DNA from: Eutreptiella sp. 'Long Island Sound 2002'
Lineage: Eukaryota; Protista; Euglenida
Assembly (NCBI GenBank): GCA_964036045.1
Contig: OZ038379.1
Span: 24,738,001 to 24,802,000 of the forward strand
Direction: 5' to 3'
DNA: 64,000 nt
Shown: in pieces, positions 47,771-60,189 of the stretch
Layout of the letters: each line of letters opens with the position of its first letter
Numbering within the stretch: position 1 is the first letter of the stretch
Translations under genes and position numbers: made by a program
Notes under the pieces: model-generated
What the model saw: the letters and a program-made list of their open reading frames with translations, nothing else
Databases searched by the model: none
What the model was told of the DNA's origin: nothing

Positions 47771-49449
47771 TCCTCCCCTGAGAGGAGCTCAAATGGACAA
47801 GGACCTCAAAATACAACTGCTCCACATGTGACTCAGACGCCAAAATTCACAAGATGATGTTTGGGAAGGGAGTTCTGGAAAATCATCACTGGTGTAGTAC
47901 TTAGGAGTCCAGGATGGCGTTGCGAATGCATGTTCGTCCTGATTGTCTTTCCCTCGTGTTTGTGGACACTTCTAAGAGGGACTGACAGTGTGTGAGTACC
48001 GAGCCCACCATCAAAGCAGTGGGCACATGAGACAGGACGGCAAAAATGTGCCAATGAGAGGAGTGGCGGGTGACGGAAGAGGGTAAACTTAGTAAGGAAC
48101 CCCAATGGGGGTGGGCGAATGCATGTTCTTAGCGGGGCCAGAGTGCCTCCGAAGCCTTGTCCAGCTCTGAGGAACAATGCGAGAGCATATGTGGGCCAGA
48201 TATTCTGAGGTAAGCCTGACATTGTCCGTTGTTTGTTTTGCTTGTACATAGCACGCGACCCACCCATCTCATGGCAGGGATGGCATATTGCGGTGCTTGG
48301 ACGAATACAGGGTTGATGGTAATTTACATGCAACAAGGCAGGGGTCTGGCCAGCGGCGGTGTTTCACTTTAGTTCTGGACCCAATACCTGCGACAGGAGG
48401 GGGAAGGGGGGTTGGTTGGTTGGTTGGTTGGCATGGAGTCCTTGTACCGAGGACCACCACGTGTCTCACTGTACTGCGGTTGCCTCTTCAGACTCGTGAG
48501 GCATCCGGGGACCGCCACTGCTGTCGCCGCAGCACGGGTGAAACGGTTGTGCGGTGCAGTGTTCTGTGTACTCTTACAGCGGCTGTTACTAGGGGGAGGG
48601 CTCCACTGCTAACCGCCGGGGTGGATGCTTTGTACAGAGGGTGTTGACAGGGTGGCTTGTGTATGGGGCTAGGCATCCTATATGATCCTCACATGGTGAG
48701 GCATGGGCACTGCCTGGTCCATGCTCCCCTGAGCCTATGGCTGAAAGTCACAAGCCCCCTCTGGTAAGGGTCCCTTGCTACCCTCTTGGAGGACTGACCA
48801 GTCAGGGCGAGCCACCGGCCACATACCCCTCTTGAGCATCCACGGGCTCCAACCTACTCCGAGGATTAAACCCTGTTGGTCCACAACACCTCTTGTGACA
48901 GTGAAGACCTTGGACAATCCCATTGGGCTGTCCCACTCACACATGGCCATAGTTCAGCGAGATGACACCGGGCTCCTGGCCACTTGTACCCAGGGGACAC
49001 CAAACTGAGCGTGCATGAGACCTCCACCCCGCTGTGCGGAAGTCAGGCTCTCCTGGAGACCGTGGCTGGCAACCCTGATTTCTTCCACTTGGTCTAGCAG
49101 TCATGGGGCTGCCCCATCCAGATAGCACCTTCCTCAGGGGGTGCCAGTCCCTGGTGGTAGAGGTCCCCTGTCCAGACCTATCTGACTGGGAGGGGGAAGG
49201 GGGGAGGGGGGCGGTCAGAAGGGTGGGGGAGGGGGGAGGGGGCTCGGTTCTTTTGAACCCATTTCATTTCCCCATTGAATTCCGAGTATTATGACACACA
49301 GGGGTAAAGAACCGTCGACCACCAACCAAAACTGAGAACACAAATCCTGGCAGACCCATAAATGAACCTCTTAAAAAACAATTAGGGGGACAAATGGGCG
49401 TTGGTTGAGGGGTCTGGAGGCGGGGGGGATCCGGGTCCCACTGACACGC

Positions 49450-50100
49450 CCCTCATGAGTGTGACCTCCCTGAGCGTAAAGTCTCATGAAAAATATTATT
49501 TGAGGTATGGCAGCGTGCCATCAACTCGGGGCAGCAGCGTCCAAGGGCCTGGTGTTGTTGGGGCATCCAGGGGCGACCAAGAGATGGGCTGTCCAGCCCC
49601 CTTCGGTGGGGTCGATTGCTTCGCCACAGAGGGGGCAACTTGCATTGGAACCAACGACAGCTCCATCGGAGGGATCCCGTGCCTCGCAGTCGGTCACCGC
49701 ATGCTCCCTCAGGAATGGAATCTCTACAACCTGAAAAATGGGCGCAGGAGCGTCTGAGAGTGCGAGCACTTGGTGGACTCCATCGCCCAATCCACACCAA
49801 CAACCCCCACACATCCTGAAACACAGTCTCTGCCGTGGCCAGCGGCACACAGCTTCCTGGGAAGGGGTAGGCAACGTCGTTCTGCTCACTCAGGTCTTTA
49901 GCTTTTGAACTTCTCATTGTGAGCAGTACCCTCACTGCACCCCACCAGATGGCACGTCCCTGTCTCGTGCTGCTCCTGCGGTTGCATGGGATCAAAGCAG
50001 CGGCGTTCCAACCCCGTGTTGTCCTCCATGCCACTGACCTTATGGAGATGACTGTAGAGAAATACCCACTTGGGGGACAAAAAACGCATTTTGTGCAGAT
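49450..50100 (-). pseudogene. Possible non-LTR retrotransposon C-terminal relic with a Zn finger
   Basis: CPLCGEAIDPTEGGWTAHLLVAPGCP in fragmented frames. No RT core visible. Confidence 0.3.
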
Positions 50101-51265
50101 GACCAGGGCCGCAGGGATGTTCGAAGGGTGTGTGTGATGGGGTATACCCTCAACACATATGAGTCAAACGATCCCCATGACCTGCTGATCATTTTGGGGT
50201 GTGTATCTCAGCGGGGATTTCTGTCCGGACTGCTTTGTGGCCTAATTTGGAGCCACTGCTGGTCCTCAAACGGGCTAGAGCGGAGGCCCGGATGCCCCCG
50301 TTCCCCCTGGACGGGATGCCCCCCCCCCCCCCCCCCCTCGCAGCAATTTCCGCGTCGCCCTCTGTGCCGTAGCGAATTTGACGACATATTTCTTGGGACG
50401 TGTGCCGCGAAGCGACAGCCTTCAGAGCTGCAAAAGAGCCGTCAGGGTAGCGGTGTTTGATGTCCGTAAGAACGCATGTCACACAAAACTTGGCGTACAA
50501 ACTCAGCACATCCCAATTCTGCCCTGTGACGATGCCTGAGCTGCCGCAGCGCGAACGGAAACAGTGGCCATGCGGTCGCAAAGATCTCTTTCTGCGGGTA
50601 CAGTAGGTACACGGACAGGAGCAGTACGCGGACAGTGAGATGTTTCTGTGCACCCCGACAGACCGTGGGCACTGCATTGCAGACAGTGTATTCGTTTGTG
50701 CCTTGTAGACGCCCAACTCAGTTGGAAAGGGGCGTAGGCTGTGCCCTGCACTCGAAGACACATGCAACCACGACCACACCCAAACCTACATGCACCCACC
50801 CCTGCGCCTGCACACACGTGGGCACACACACTTAGTGCAAGAAACCAGAACCAACAGATACCCAGTGTGGACATAAGAGGTAGTGGGTTGTATAGATGGG
50901 CACTGTGGGCACAGGACTCCAAAATGCCTCATCAGAGGAGTACGAGGGGTACACTACGTATCCCTCAATGTTGGTGTTCTAGAAAGTAGATAATGACAGT
51001 GATATGCATCAACACTCACACACACAAGTGTGACGCACGTTGGCAGAACAGAGCGGCGGCTGAATAACCTACAACACTAAAGACAACCAAAAGCGAACGG
51101 TGCTCAGGACTTACTTCTACCTGGGTTCACCCCTCTCCGATGGCGAGCAACTTGGTGTGACGTCTCACTGACATTGCCAACATCAGCGAGGGGTAAGCCA
51201 CTGCACCAAGGGTCTGGTCACTGCAAGGGAGGGGCAATTTGTTGAGCAAAATGTAACCACCTGCT

Positions 51266-51266
<1 letters not shown>

Positions 51267-51344
<78 letters not shown>

Positions 51345-51411
51345 GAGGAGTGTTTTATGGTGTGACATTGAAAAACATTCATGGAGGTCAGGTGCTACAC
51401 ACACACACACA

Positions 51412-51468
<57 letters not shown>

Positions 51469-51531
51469 GAGGAGTGTTTTATGGCGTGACATTGAAAAAC
51501 ATTCATGGAGGTCAGGTGCTACACACACACA

Positions 51532-51584
<53 letters not shown>

Positions 51585-51680
51585 GAGGAGTGTTTTATGG
51601 TGTGACATTGAAAAACATTCATGGAGGTCAGGTGCTACACACACACACACACATACACACACACACACACACAAACACAC
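51267..51680. repeat. Three copies of a ~54 bp unit embedded in four (CA)n tracts
   Basis: AGAGGAGTGTTTTATGG(T/C)GTGACATTGAAAAACATTCATGGAGGTCAGGTGCTAC at 51344, 51468 and 51584. Confidence 0.95.
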
Positions 51681-52582
51681 CAAGCAGAGCGACCCCCCCC
51701 CTCCCCAACACACACACCTGCTCACATTTCTCGCAGCACGTCAGCCATGGGCAGCTCTCCTCATAGTGCTTGTCAAGGGCCTCTTCGTCCCAAGTGGGGT
51801 CCTGGTGCACATGGCGTATGGTAACCTTTTTGAAATCTCCAAGAGAAGGGCTATTCGAAGAGGTATGGTCATGGGGGGTCACAAAGCCATGTTTTTCAGT
51901 AGCGGGGCGACTTTTTGAACTCTTTAATATTTAGGCCCGCTGCTAGCCAGGCTGCATAGGGTGGGTCTCAACCTTGCCGCCCCTATGCCTCCAACATATT
52001 GTCAGTTGGAGATCAAGTCATTCAGGTGGATTGGTTGCATTTGATGTTTAGAACCCATGTACAATAGGGCACCCCTCAACTCAACAACATGTTGGCTAAT
52101 TTGTCCCAATTTGCGCAGAAGGCCGCAACTCACATTGAAACTCCACCACCGTTCTTGCATCCCATACCTTACCATTGAAAAGGCATTGTGCTCATGGTCG
52201 TCATCCAGACAACGGCTATGTTCGGAGGCTCTCAACGGCCTGACCACCCATCCCAAATGTCTTATGGTACAATCAGTGCACAATGCACCATGCCTCGGCA
52301 GCATCCATCAATGGTGTGGTCCTTTGCCCTCCATTTGCTCACCAACGACCGCCCTGAATCTCACTTGGAACCTGGTTCGTCACTCACTGGATCATCCCAG
52401 GAGCGGGCCCATCAGGTGCATGGGCAGCTGGTGCTACACCCACAGCCCAACCGCCCAAACTCCCCCCCCCCCCCACTGATTCACTATGCGCCGCCGACTC
52501 CAGCTCTAAAGAGGCACTAACGACAACATCTCGCACAAACCCATTGCATCCCACTCTCGAGTTTCCTGGCTGCTCACCTCCC

Positions 52583-52960
52583 TCATCCACCCACACTGGT
52601 GCTGAAACCTGCATTCCTCTGCTCAGACATCTGCCTGCTCATTACCAAATGTCTCCATGTGCGATGGAACCCAGCGTATGGAGAACAGCTCCCCCATCTG
52701 ATTAATCTTGTCCTGCAACTCTTTGTACCCGATATCCCACGTAGAGTTTTCCCAGCCATGTCTACGCCATCCCACCACCCTGCAATTCCCTTAAACAACC
52801 ATTCCGAGTCAACCACCATGCGCAGCGGCTTACCCCAGTCTGTTCCCCATGTCTGACAGCAGAAATGACTGATTGCGCTTGTCATCACTCCATACCAGAC
52901 CCTGTACCCCCCTGTCGGTGGCTGATAGGCCACTTTGGACGAACTATCAGTAAAAACCAC
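52583..52960 (-). pseudogene. RNase H relic, retroelement-derived
   Basis: VFTDSSSK...GGYRVWYG and VVDSEWLFKGIAGW match RNase HI motifs. Frameshifted. Confidence 0.65.
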
Positions 52961-53579
52961 CCTGGCATCGACTTCTGCTGAAACACACGTTCAAAGAAGC
53001 ATTTCTTCACCGCCAGTTTGTGTTGGCCGAAGGCCCCCGCCGAAGCGGGGTATTGGGGGGGTTCGGTGGGGTGGTATTGGAGGGCGGCAGGGGCTTGGGG
53101 CTAAGGAGGGACTTGGCAAAACGATTTCCCCAGGAGCAACCCGAACCCCATCCCTACGGTTAAGGTCAGCCTTGGGGTTTGGGTTGAGTTCGGGTTAGGC
53201 AGTGGTGGCAGGCCCATATGCACGTACTCAAGGGAAAGCCACCACAGATTCTCTCATCTCAGCAACGCGTGATGGACATGCACATATCGGGGCCACACCC
53301 ATAAGCAGCGTGGCTTGTGGCGCAATGTGCCCCATCAAGTCAGCCTCCTGCCTATTAAAAAAGACCGCCACTGTGTCCTTATGCCCCCACCAAGCAGGAG
53401 CAGCGAGGCTTTGGGGGAGTGTTGGTAACCGGACAATTCAGCGCCCCCTCTCCACAGTGGGCCCGGAGTCCCCCCCCGGCACATCTTTCCGGGGGGTTCT
53501 GGTGACCCCTACCCTCCCCGCAGTTGCAAGTCCAACACCCGTGTACACGCGCATACACGCGTATCCGAAGACGCATGTA

Positions 53580-54479
53580 TATGTCTGTTTTCGTGGGGGG
53601 GGGGGGGGCAACTGGGGAACTAACGGAGGTTTTGCCAGTGTCGGCTGATTTCTCGGAATATGGTGTCCCGAAGGGGGGGGGTATGTTGTACCTTTTCGGA
53701 AAGCCCTCGAAAAGGGCTTTTCGAAGATGTATGGGTTGGGCGGGGGTAGGAGACCATATTTTTGAGAAAATTGCCTGTTACCGTACACACCTGGGTCTGT
53801 TCCGTTGCAGAGCAGGTTGCACAGATTGCACATGCATTCCGGTGAAGGCTGAATTGCGGAACAATGTTGTTTCGTAGGTAGGGGTATGTTATACCTTTTC
53901 GGAATCTCCAAGAAAAGGGCTTTTCGGATATGTATGGGTTGAGGGGTGGTAGGAGACCACATTTTTTCGGAAATCAGGGCGCACGTTGGATGCTTCCAGG
54001 ATTTTGGGCTGTCTTTGCAGAATACACAGGTCACCAACTGGGGTTTGGGAGAGAATCGCGCATAGTTCCAACATATCATCACTACAACCAAAAACCATAG
54101 AAGGTATAATGGTGTATTTTGATGTGCCGAGTTCAAAAATGCACGAAGATCGGTCCAACAAGGTGCTCCACTCAAGCACCGGTCCATTTTCTCTCGCATT
54201 TGTGTGTCCACACACGTGTCACAAAAAATGTGGCGGCAGGTGGAACCCAAAATGAAAAAAAGTGTACGGACGATATCTCCATGATCTTGGCACCTTGGAG
54301 CCCGGGACCTAGTTCATTGGAAAGCCCTTTTCAAGCACTTTTCGGAAAGTATACACGTACCCCCCCCCCCCCTATGGAACGATATTTTTGCGCACTGAGC
54401 CGATTTCGGCAAAAAACCTGTTAGTTCCTCAAAAACCCCCAGTTGCCCCCCCCGCCCCCCCCCCCCGAAAACAGACATA
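53580..54479. mobile_element. About 900 bp MITE with long imperfect TIRs, TA-flanked
   Basis: TATGTCTGTTTTC-G(n)-CAACTGGGG...GAACTAAC at the left is mirrored by GTTAGTTC...CCCCAGTTG-C(n)-GAAAACAGACATA at the right. Internal ~90 bp direct duplication at 53681 and 53884. Confidence 0.8.
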
Positions 54480-54754
54480 TACGCAGTCCTCTCCACTGAG
54501 CATTCACGTGCCAAACACAAGCCCCGTGGCCCTATCCTGTGACACTTGGCCGGGGTGCTGTGACACGTGAAAACCAGCACACTGAACTTTTACATGCACA
54601 GGGCTGTGCCATACACAAACACAAGACGGAAGGAAAAAAGGAGTGTAAGGGGGGGGGGGGGGAGTTTGCCAGGGGACAATTTCGACGGGGATAATTTCGA
54701 CAGGGGAAAATTTCGGCACCTCCAGGAATCCTGAGGCTTGTTGTCATATACTAG

Positions 54755-54925
54755 TGGGCTCTGGATGATCCCTGTTATTTCTTGGTGGGCTCTCGATGGT
54801 TCCTGGTATTTCCTGGTGGGCTCTGGATGGTTCCTGTTATTTCCTGGTGGGCTCTGGATGGTTCCTGGTATTTCCTGGTGGGCTCTGGATGGTTCCTGCT
54901 ATTTCCTGGTGGGCTCTGGATGGAT
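54755..54925. repeat. 31 bp tandem repeat, about 5.5 copies
   Basis: Unit CTGGTGGGCTCTGGATGGTTCCTG(G/T)TATTTC. Confidence 0.95.
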
Positions 54926-55765
54926 CACCGGCACGAAGATCGCACAACAATGACAAACACTTTTCTGTCACACCACAGGGTTGCTAAGGCACTGTACCAA
55001 AAGACACAGCTGGAAATTGCATGTCCCAGTGGCTATTGCACGGGCAGGAGATTGATATATCGCTGGACAGGCAGCACCGACATCAGTACAACTATGAACG
55101 TGCCTTACCAGCCGCTTCTTGCGATGGCGCACAAAATCTGCTGCCCCAGATCCGGTAATTGCAGGCGCAGCAGGGCGAGTCTTCCGCTTTTTTAAAGCAC
55201 CCAGGATTCTCAATGCATGACCATCCAAAACACCACACTTTTCAAGTGCAGACGCAGTAATCAAAGATTTGTCCTGCTCACTCCTTTGCACATGAACACG
55301 GCGCGTCTGCACGTCTCTGCCACTGTCGTTGTAACTGTCACTACCACTGCTGCTACCACTGTCACTGTCACTGTCACTGTCACTATGTCACTATCAGTGT
55401 CCCTTTTTTCAAAACCTGGGGCAACACGGCATTCCAATGCATTCTGGGCACAACCACTGCATGTTGCAAACAAAAACATCCCTGGTCCCTTCTCTCTGCT
55501 TGGTACACCACTGCGCATATCTGAATTCACAGTACTCACCTGTCACACGCTGCAAAAATTTCGCCAGGGGGAAAATTTCGCCACTTTTCTTAACGGCGAA
55601 ATTTTCCCCGCGAAAATCTCCCCTCCCAAAATCCCCCCCCCCCCTGTAAACAATGGAAAAGAGGCACAGCCTCTGCTGAACACGACCGCAAACCCATGTA
55701 GCATCTCGGGTGCTGTTGTCATGGTGTTCTGCCTCTGTACGAGCATTCAGAAGCGGGGCACACAC

Positions 55766-55832
55766 TTGTTTGCCACAGAACTGGCAGGTGGTGAAATCAT
55801 CTTCATCCTCGACTGCTGCTGCGGCTTGTGGC
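55766..55832 (-). CDS. CEP104: CEP104-like exon, start of the C-terminal Zn-finger array
   Basis: TCTCTTCAG|G CCA...PQAAAAVEDEDDFTTCQFCGKQ|GTGTGT. The phase matches the previous exon (GG+G = Gly). CQFCG follows a TOG/HEAT region, as in CEP104. Confidence 0.65.
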
Positions 55833-56552
55833 CTGAAGAGAAATGGATTCCAGGTTCAGGGTCAGAGCCGGATCAGGAATTTAGTGAGAACGTGCGCTTG
55901 GGGGTGACGACGGGGGTGGGCCCGGAAACAAGTGTTGCAAGCATTTGAATTGTGGTCGCATTTTGGCTGCCTGGGCACTCTCTGCTGCCCAGTGGCCTGA
56001 TTGAAACTCATATTCAGGCAGGACATTGCTTAAAGTGGGCGAAGGTAGCAAGGTTTGGGGTACAAGCAGCCAGGGAAGCAACTACGGTACAGGCGCTGTT
56101 GAACAACTGGGGCACTGATAGTACAAAAAAAAATTGAACTACTGGTGCTACTATATGCTATTGATGAGGTACAAGTGAGGTACTGCTGCCACAAAAACAA
56201 TTCAGGTGCTGCTGCTACTGAAACAAGTGAGATACGGGAAACAGAAACACCGGCGCTGCTTCTCCAACCGCCCCAAATCCTCCTGCCTGGGCTACAACTG
56301 AATGTCTTCGCCGCCCAAGAGATTCCTTGTACCAACTCCAGCCTGGAAGATCCACTATCCAGCGGTGAGCAGGCCAGGGGGCGGGCCCACAATTTCGTCT
56401 ACCAAACAAGACCACAGACCCACATTCCTTGAAGCGCATCCCATATACTTCTCCAACAGCTGCGGTCTCCTTTGGGACCGGGGGGGGGGGGGGGTAGTGA
56501 GCCCAGTTTCATGACTCCATCCTGTGTACTCCTTCCAACTCCGTCGACATAC

Positions 56553-56629
56553 CCAGGGGGTGCTTGGTCTTTCCTGCGGTTCAGCTCCTCAATCTGCTCC
56601 GCAAGGGCGTCAATTTCCGCAGTTTTGTC
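56553..56629 (-). CDS. CEP104: CEP104-like exon, linker
   Basis: CTTCTCAG|DKTAEIDALAEQIEELNRRKDQAPP-GG|GTATGT, 77 bp, in phase with both neighbours. Confidence 0.65.
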
Positions 56630-56990
56630 CTGAGAAGCCAGCGAGAATTGATGCGTTCTGAGTCAGTCAAATAAACAAGGGCGGGTGTGCTCGTCCCAGA
56701 ACGAAAAGGCTGTGCCGTCTGGGTGGAGCAGGGGTGGGGTGATCAAGACGTACCACGCCGCGGACTCCTGCAAGCCACAGGGGCATGCCCTGCATGATGT
56801 TGTGCAACATCAGCACTAGATACGCTGCAAGGGGCTGGACTGCAGCCGGGTGCAGGCGTTGGCGGGCCCTCCCACATCTCAGACTGGACGGCACTTCCCA
56901 GGGAACCCGGATCGAGGTGCAAACCGTTCAAGGAAGAGATATCGCCCGCACCGAATCTGGCATTTCCCGGATGCGAGACTGCAGAGATGT

Positions 56991-57470
56991 CTATTCATCG
57001 GTGGGGTGGAAGGGGTGCAAAGTGACGGGCACACCGGACCCTTGACATAGGTGGAGTTGCAGAGTGAGGGCACGTGGAGCTTCTTGGCTCCAACGCCACA
57101 TGCTTCGTGTGAACTCCTTCAGCAACTCAATGCCTCTGGCAGTGGCTCCTGAATGCTGGGTACACATTGCCCCCGCGCGCCTGAACTGGTTGCTTGTTAT
57201 ATGCCCCTTCATTTGCTGATGCCTTATGACTTGCCACTGCCAGTTGGGCAACAACGCGGCTGTGGACAGTAGACATCGGGAGGGTCATGGAGCTCGCATC
57301 TAAGATGCCAAACTTGGGGTCCCATATCAATACCTGCACCTCAAACCACCATCCAGCGCAACACCAAGAACCAGCTGCCGATAACCTTCTTGAGGCATCG
57401 AAAGGAAAAGCTGAAGGCGCGCAGATGAGAGCACGTGGGAAAGACCACGAGCGGGACACATGTTGCACAC
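56991..57470 (-). pseudogene. Tyrosine recombinase relic inside a host intron
   Basis: VLIWDPKFG (Lys region) followed by HITSNQFRRAGA (HxxR-like) and MWRWSQEA. Heavily decayed. Confidence 0.4.
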
Positions 57471-58374
57471 CCGAGTACTGTCTGAACGGCCGAGAGGCTG
57501 GGACTGAACGAGAGACTTGCGTGACGCAGGGGCCGCTTGCCTGTCAGGAAGGCTGTCAGGTTCACTATCTTCTTCTCCAGCCTTCAAACTGATGGCTTGC
57601 TGTGTGGAAAGAAGCCGCACGGCCTACCGGAACACCCGCCAGGTCCCAGCCAGGTGCAACAAGAGGATCAGCCATGGTGTGTAAGAGGTCCTGTGCTCCA
57701 GTACCCTTATGCCTCCACCCTTGTCTGCAAGATGCGGGAAGATGCTCTGCCGGCGACTGCAACAAGCACGCAAATTGCCTTGCAATTGCGGTTATTGTTA
57801 TCGTGTGTCGCGCAGTGTGATGTGCTGGAGATTGTCACTGGGGCTGCAGATCAAAGTCCATTAGACGCATTCGGTTCTGAAGGGGCCTGGGGGCCATTTT
57901 CCTGCTCGGCAGGTTTTCGGCAAGTGGCCCAGCAGGTGGTCTGGCAGATAGTTTGTTTGTACGACTGGTGCCATATTGGTGACCTAGCGGAGAGGCCGCA
58001 ATAGCCCATCTACCCTTTAGGGTCAGTGTCGTGCATTTCCACTTGTACTGTTGCTTGTGTGACCTACACATGACTATGTGTCACTGGGCTGGACGGAACA
58101 TCCCTTTGCAATGTGTGTGCACGTGCGTGTGTGTGTGCACGCGCGGAGAAATAGGAGGGGGGCATGCATTTCGAATCGTCAATGTCTCTCACATATCCCC
58201 CTGAACATCCAACAACCTCCAGGCTCCTGCGCACAATGAGACCTGCGCCCAAACAGGAGTCGTCGGAGTGCAGGCAGCCCACCCACCACGTTCAAATTGG
58301 TGAAGATTCGTGCATGACAGGCCAGTAGGGTATCAAGTCTCGCACACCACCTGGGCTGAGGCAGTGTCACACAC

Positions 58375-58569
58375 CTCGATGGCGACCAGCAGCGCGGGTT
58401 TCAGGCCCTCCAAATGCTCATCAATAACAGCGCGGTCGTCCACAAGGCACGATAGCGCGGCAATGATGGCGATGGCTTCGTTACGGACCTCATTGTTGGG
58501 GTTTTGCAGCCCCGGGACGACCGCTTGAGTCATCACGTTTTGCACATCCAGGCCTTGTCTTGTTTTTTC
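58375..58569 (-). CDS. CEP104: CEP104-like exon, last HEAT repeat of a TOG domain
   Basis: CTCTCAG|EKTRQGLDVQNVMTQAVVPGLQNPNNEVRNEAIAIIAALSCLVDDRAVIDEHLEGLKPALLVAIE|GTGTGT, 195 bp, phase 0-0. Confidence 0.7.
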
Positions 58570-60189
58570 CTGAGAGCACGTCAGGCCCATGTTTGCGCCA
58601 CACCTACACGCACCTGAGGCATGACTCGCTGTAGGACTTAAGTTGTAAATACTGGGAACACAACAACAAAACTCAAAAAGCGGTGTCGGCAAATAGTCAC
58701 ATAAGACACCGAGGACAGTAAGGCAGCACCATCAGCTAGCTTCACAACCAGCCTTAGGTATAGCAAATCCATCCACCCACCGACCTCCCCACTCACCCAC
58801 CCACCCAGCCACCAATCCATCCATCCATCCATCCATCCTTTGCCTGCTCCCTCTCTCCTCCCTCCCCATCTCTCCTGCTTTCCAGCTTGCAGCTTTTGCA
58901 GCACACTACATGACTTGAATGACCTGTGACTGCAAGCCACCAACTTCCAGAAGGATGGAGACGATGTGCAACTTCGCCAGTTGTGTCCTCCAGCTGTTCT
59001 TCTTGCTTTTGGGGTCCTGCAATCGTAACGGGTGCATGCACACTCTGCGCACTCGGAAATGGGCCCTTGAACAAATGCCCCATCTCCCATCTCCCATGGC
59101 ACCATCTCCACAGCCTCCATCCAGATCCACCAGTCCAAAGCTGCAACCACAATACAGCCATTTTAAGACTCAGCAGACACTGTGTGCATCATGACATGCA
59201 CCTTTTGTCGAGCATGAAGCAGCGACACAGTGGACAGCTGTATCATTTTCCTCAGAACACTGTGTCAAAAATGCATCATTCCCTGACAGGCCACATGGTA
59301 GGCCGGGCCCCATTTGCGTAGTAATGCAGCCCTGACAGCCTGGCCAAGTTGGTGGTTGACATCCTGATCACCAACTTGACGTCATAGCTCCGGGCGTTCC
59401 CACCATAGCGGGGGCCTATATCGGCATCCAGGATGAGAGCCACCTCTGGGTTCCTCAGGATACCATTCAAGAGGTACAAATGGGGACAACAACAGTGCCC
59501 CACCTGCTATCACCCAGCCAGCAGACCACCTTGCACAATGCAGGCCAATTTTGGGTGGTCGCCAGCTTGCACTGACCCACCCAGAGCACCGTGAATGACA
59601 CCACGCTCATGGTGCCTAATACTCGAGCCTAACACCAACTTAGAGTGCACTTCCACAGCCTCCTGCCCATAGACACCTCCAACACACCATCATCATTGTG
59701 GATGCTAGCACCACTTCAGCATAGATGACTATGGCAAGCATCATAGACCAAAACCGTGGTACCATGTCTAATTGGCGGCTAGATTGCGTGCCCCTCAAAA
59801 CGGGAAAGTACTATGCACCTCTGATATATCCGCCAACATGCCACTCAAGTGGGCATCCATTTGGTTCATTTGTTCCTCACAAGCGTTGCTCAGAGTTGCT
59901 CTGGAGGGCAAATGGGATACATCTCCTCCACACCCATATCCACGGCACCAAGACCAACATCCACATTGCCATAAATATCATCACACCCCCTCCCACAAGA
60001 TCACCAATCACAATGTCCCCGTAGATGGGCCAACAAACAAGACGCCGGAAGCAGATGAGACGCGGATGTTACATTGACCCTTTCCTTTACTTTCACCATC
60101 AAGCACTGAGATTAGTGCAAGGTGGCCCCCTAATACTTCCAACTTTGGCTCCGAGAATAAGTAGCCATCCTTGTTGACATGATCAATGA

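Noticed and set aside
52002-52304. CLDDD...FNVS as an RT motif C region
   Set aside because: Upstream RT motifs are absent in all frames; too weak to call.
29101-56500. Numerous G10-14/C10-14 runs as G-quadruplex signals
   Set aside because: They are scattered through unrelated repeats with no positional pattern, and their lengths are unreliable in assemblies.
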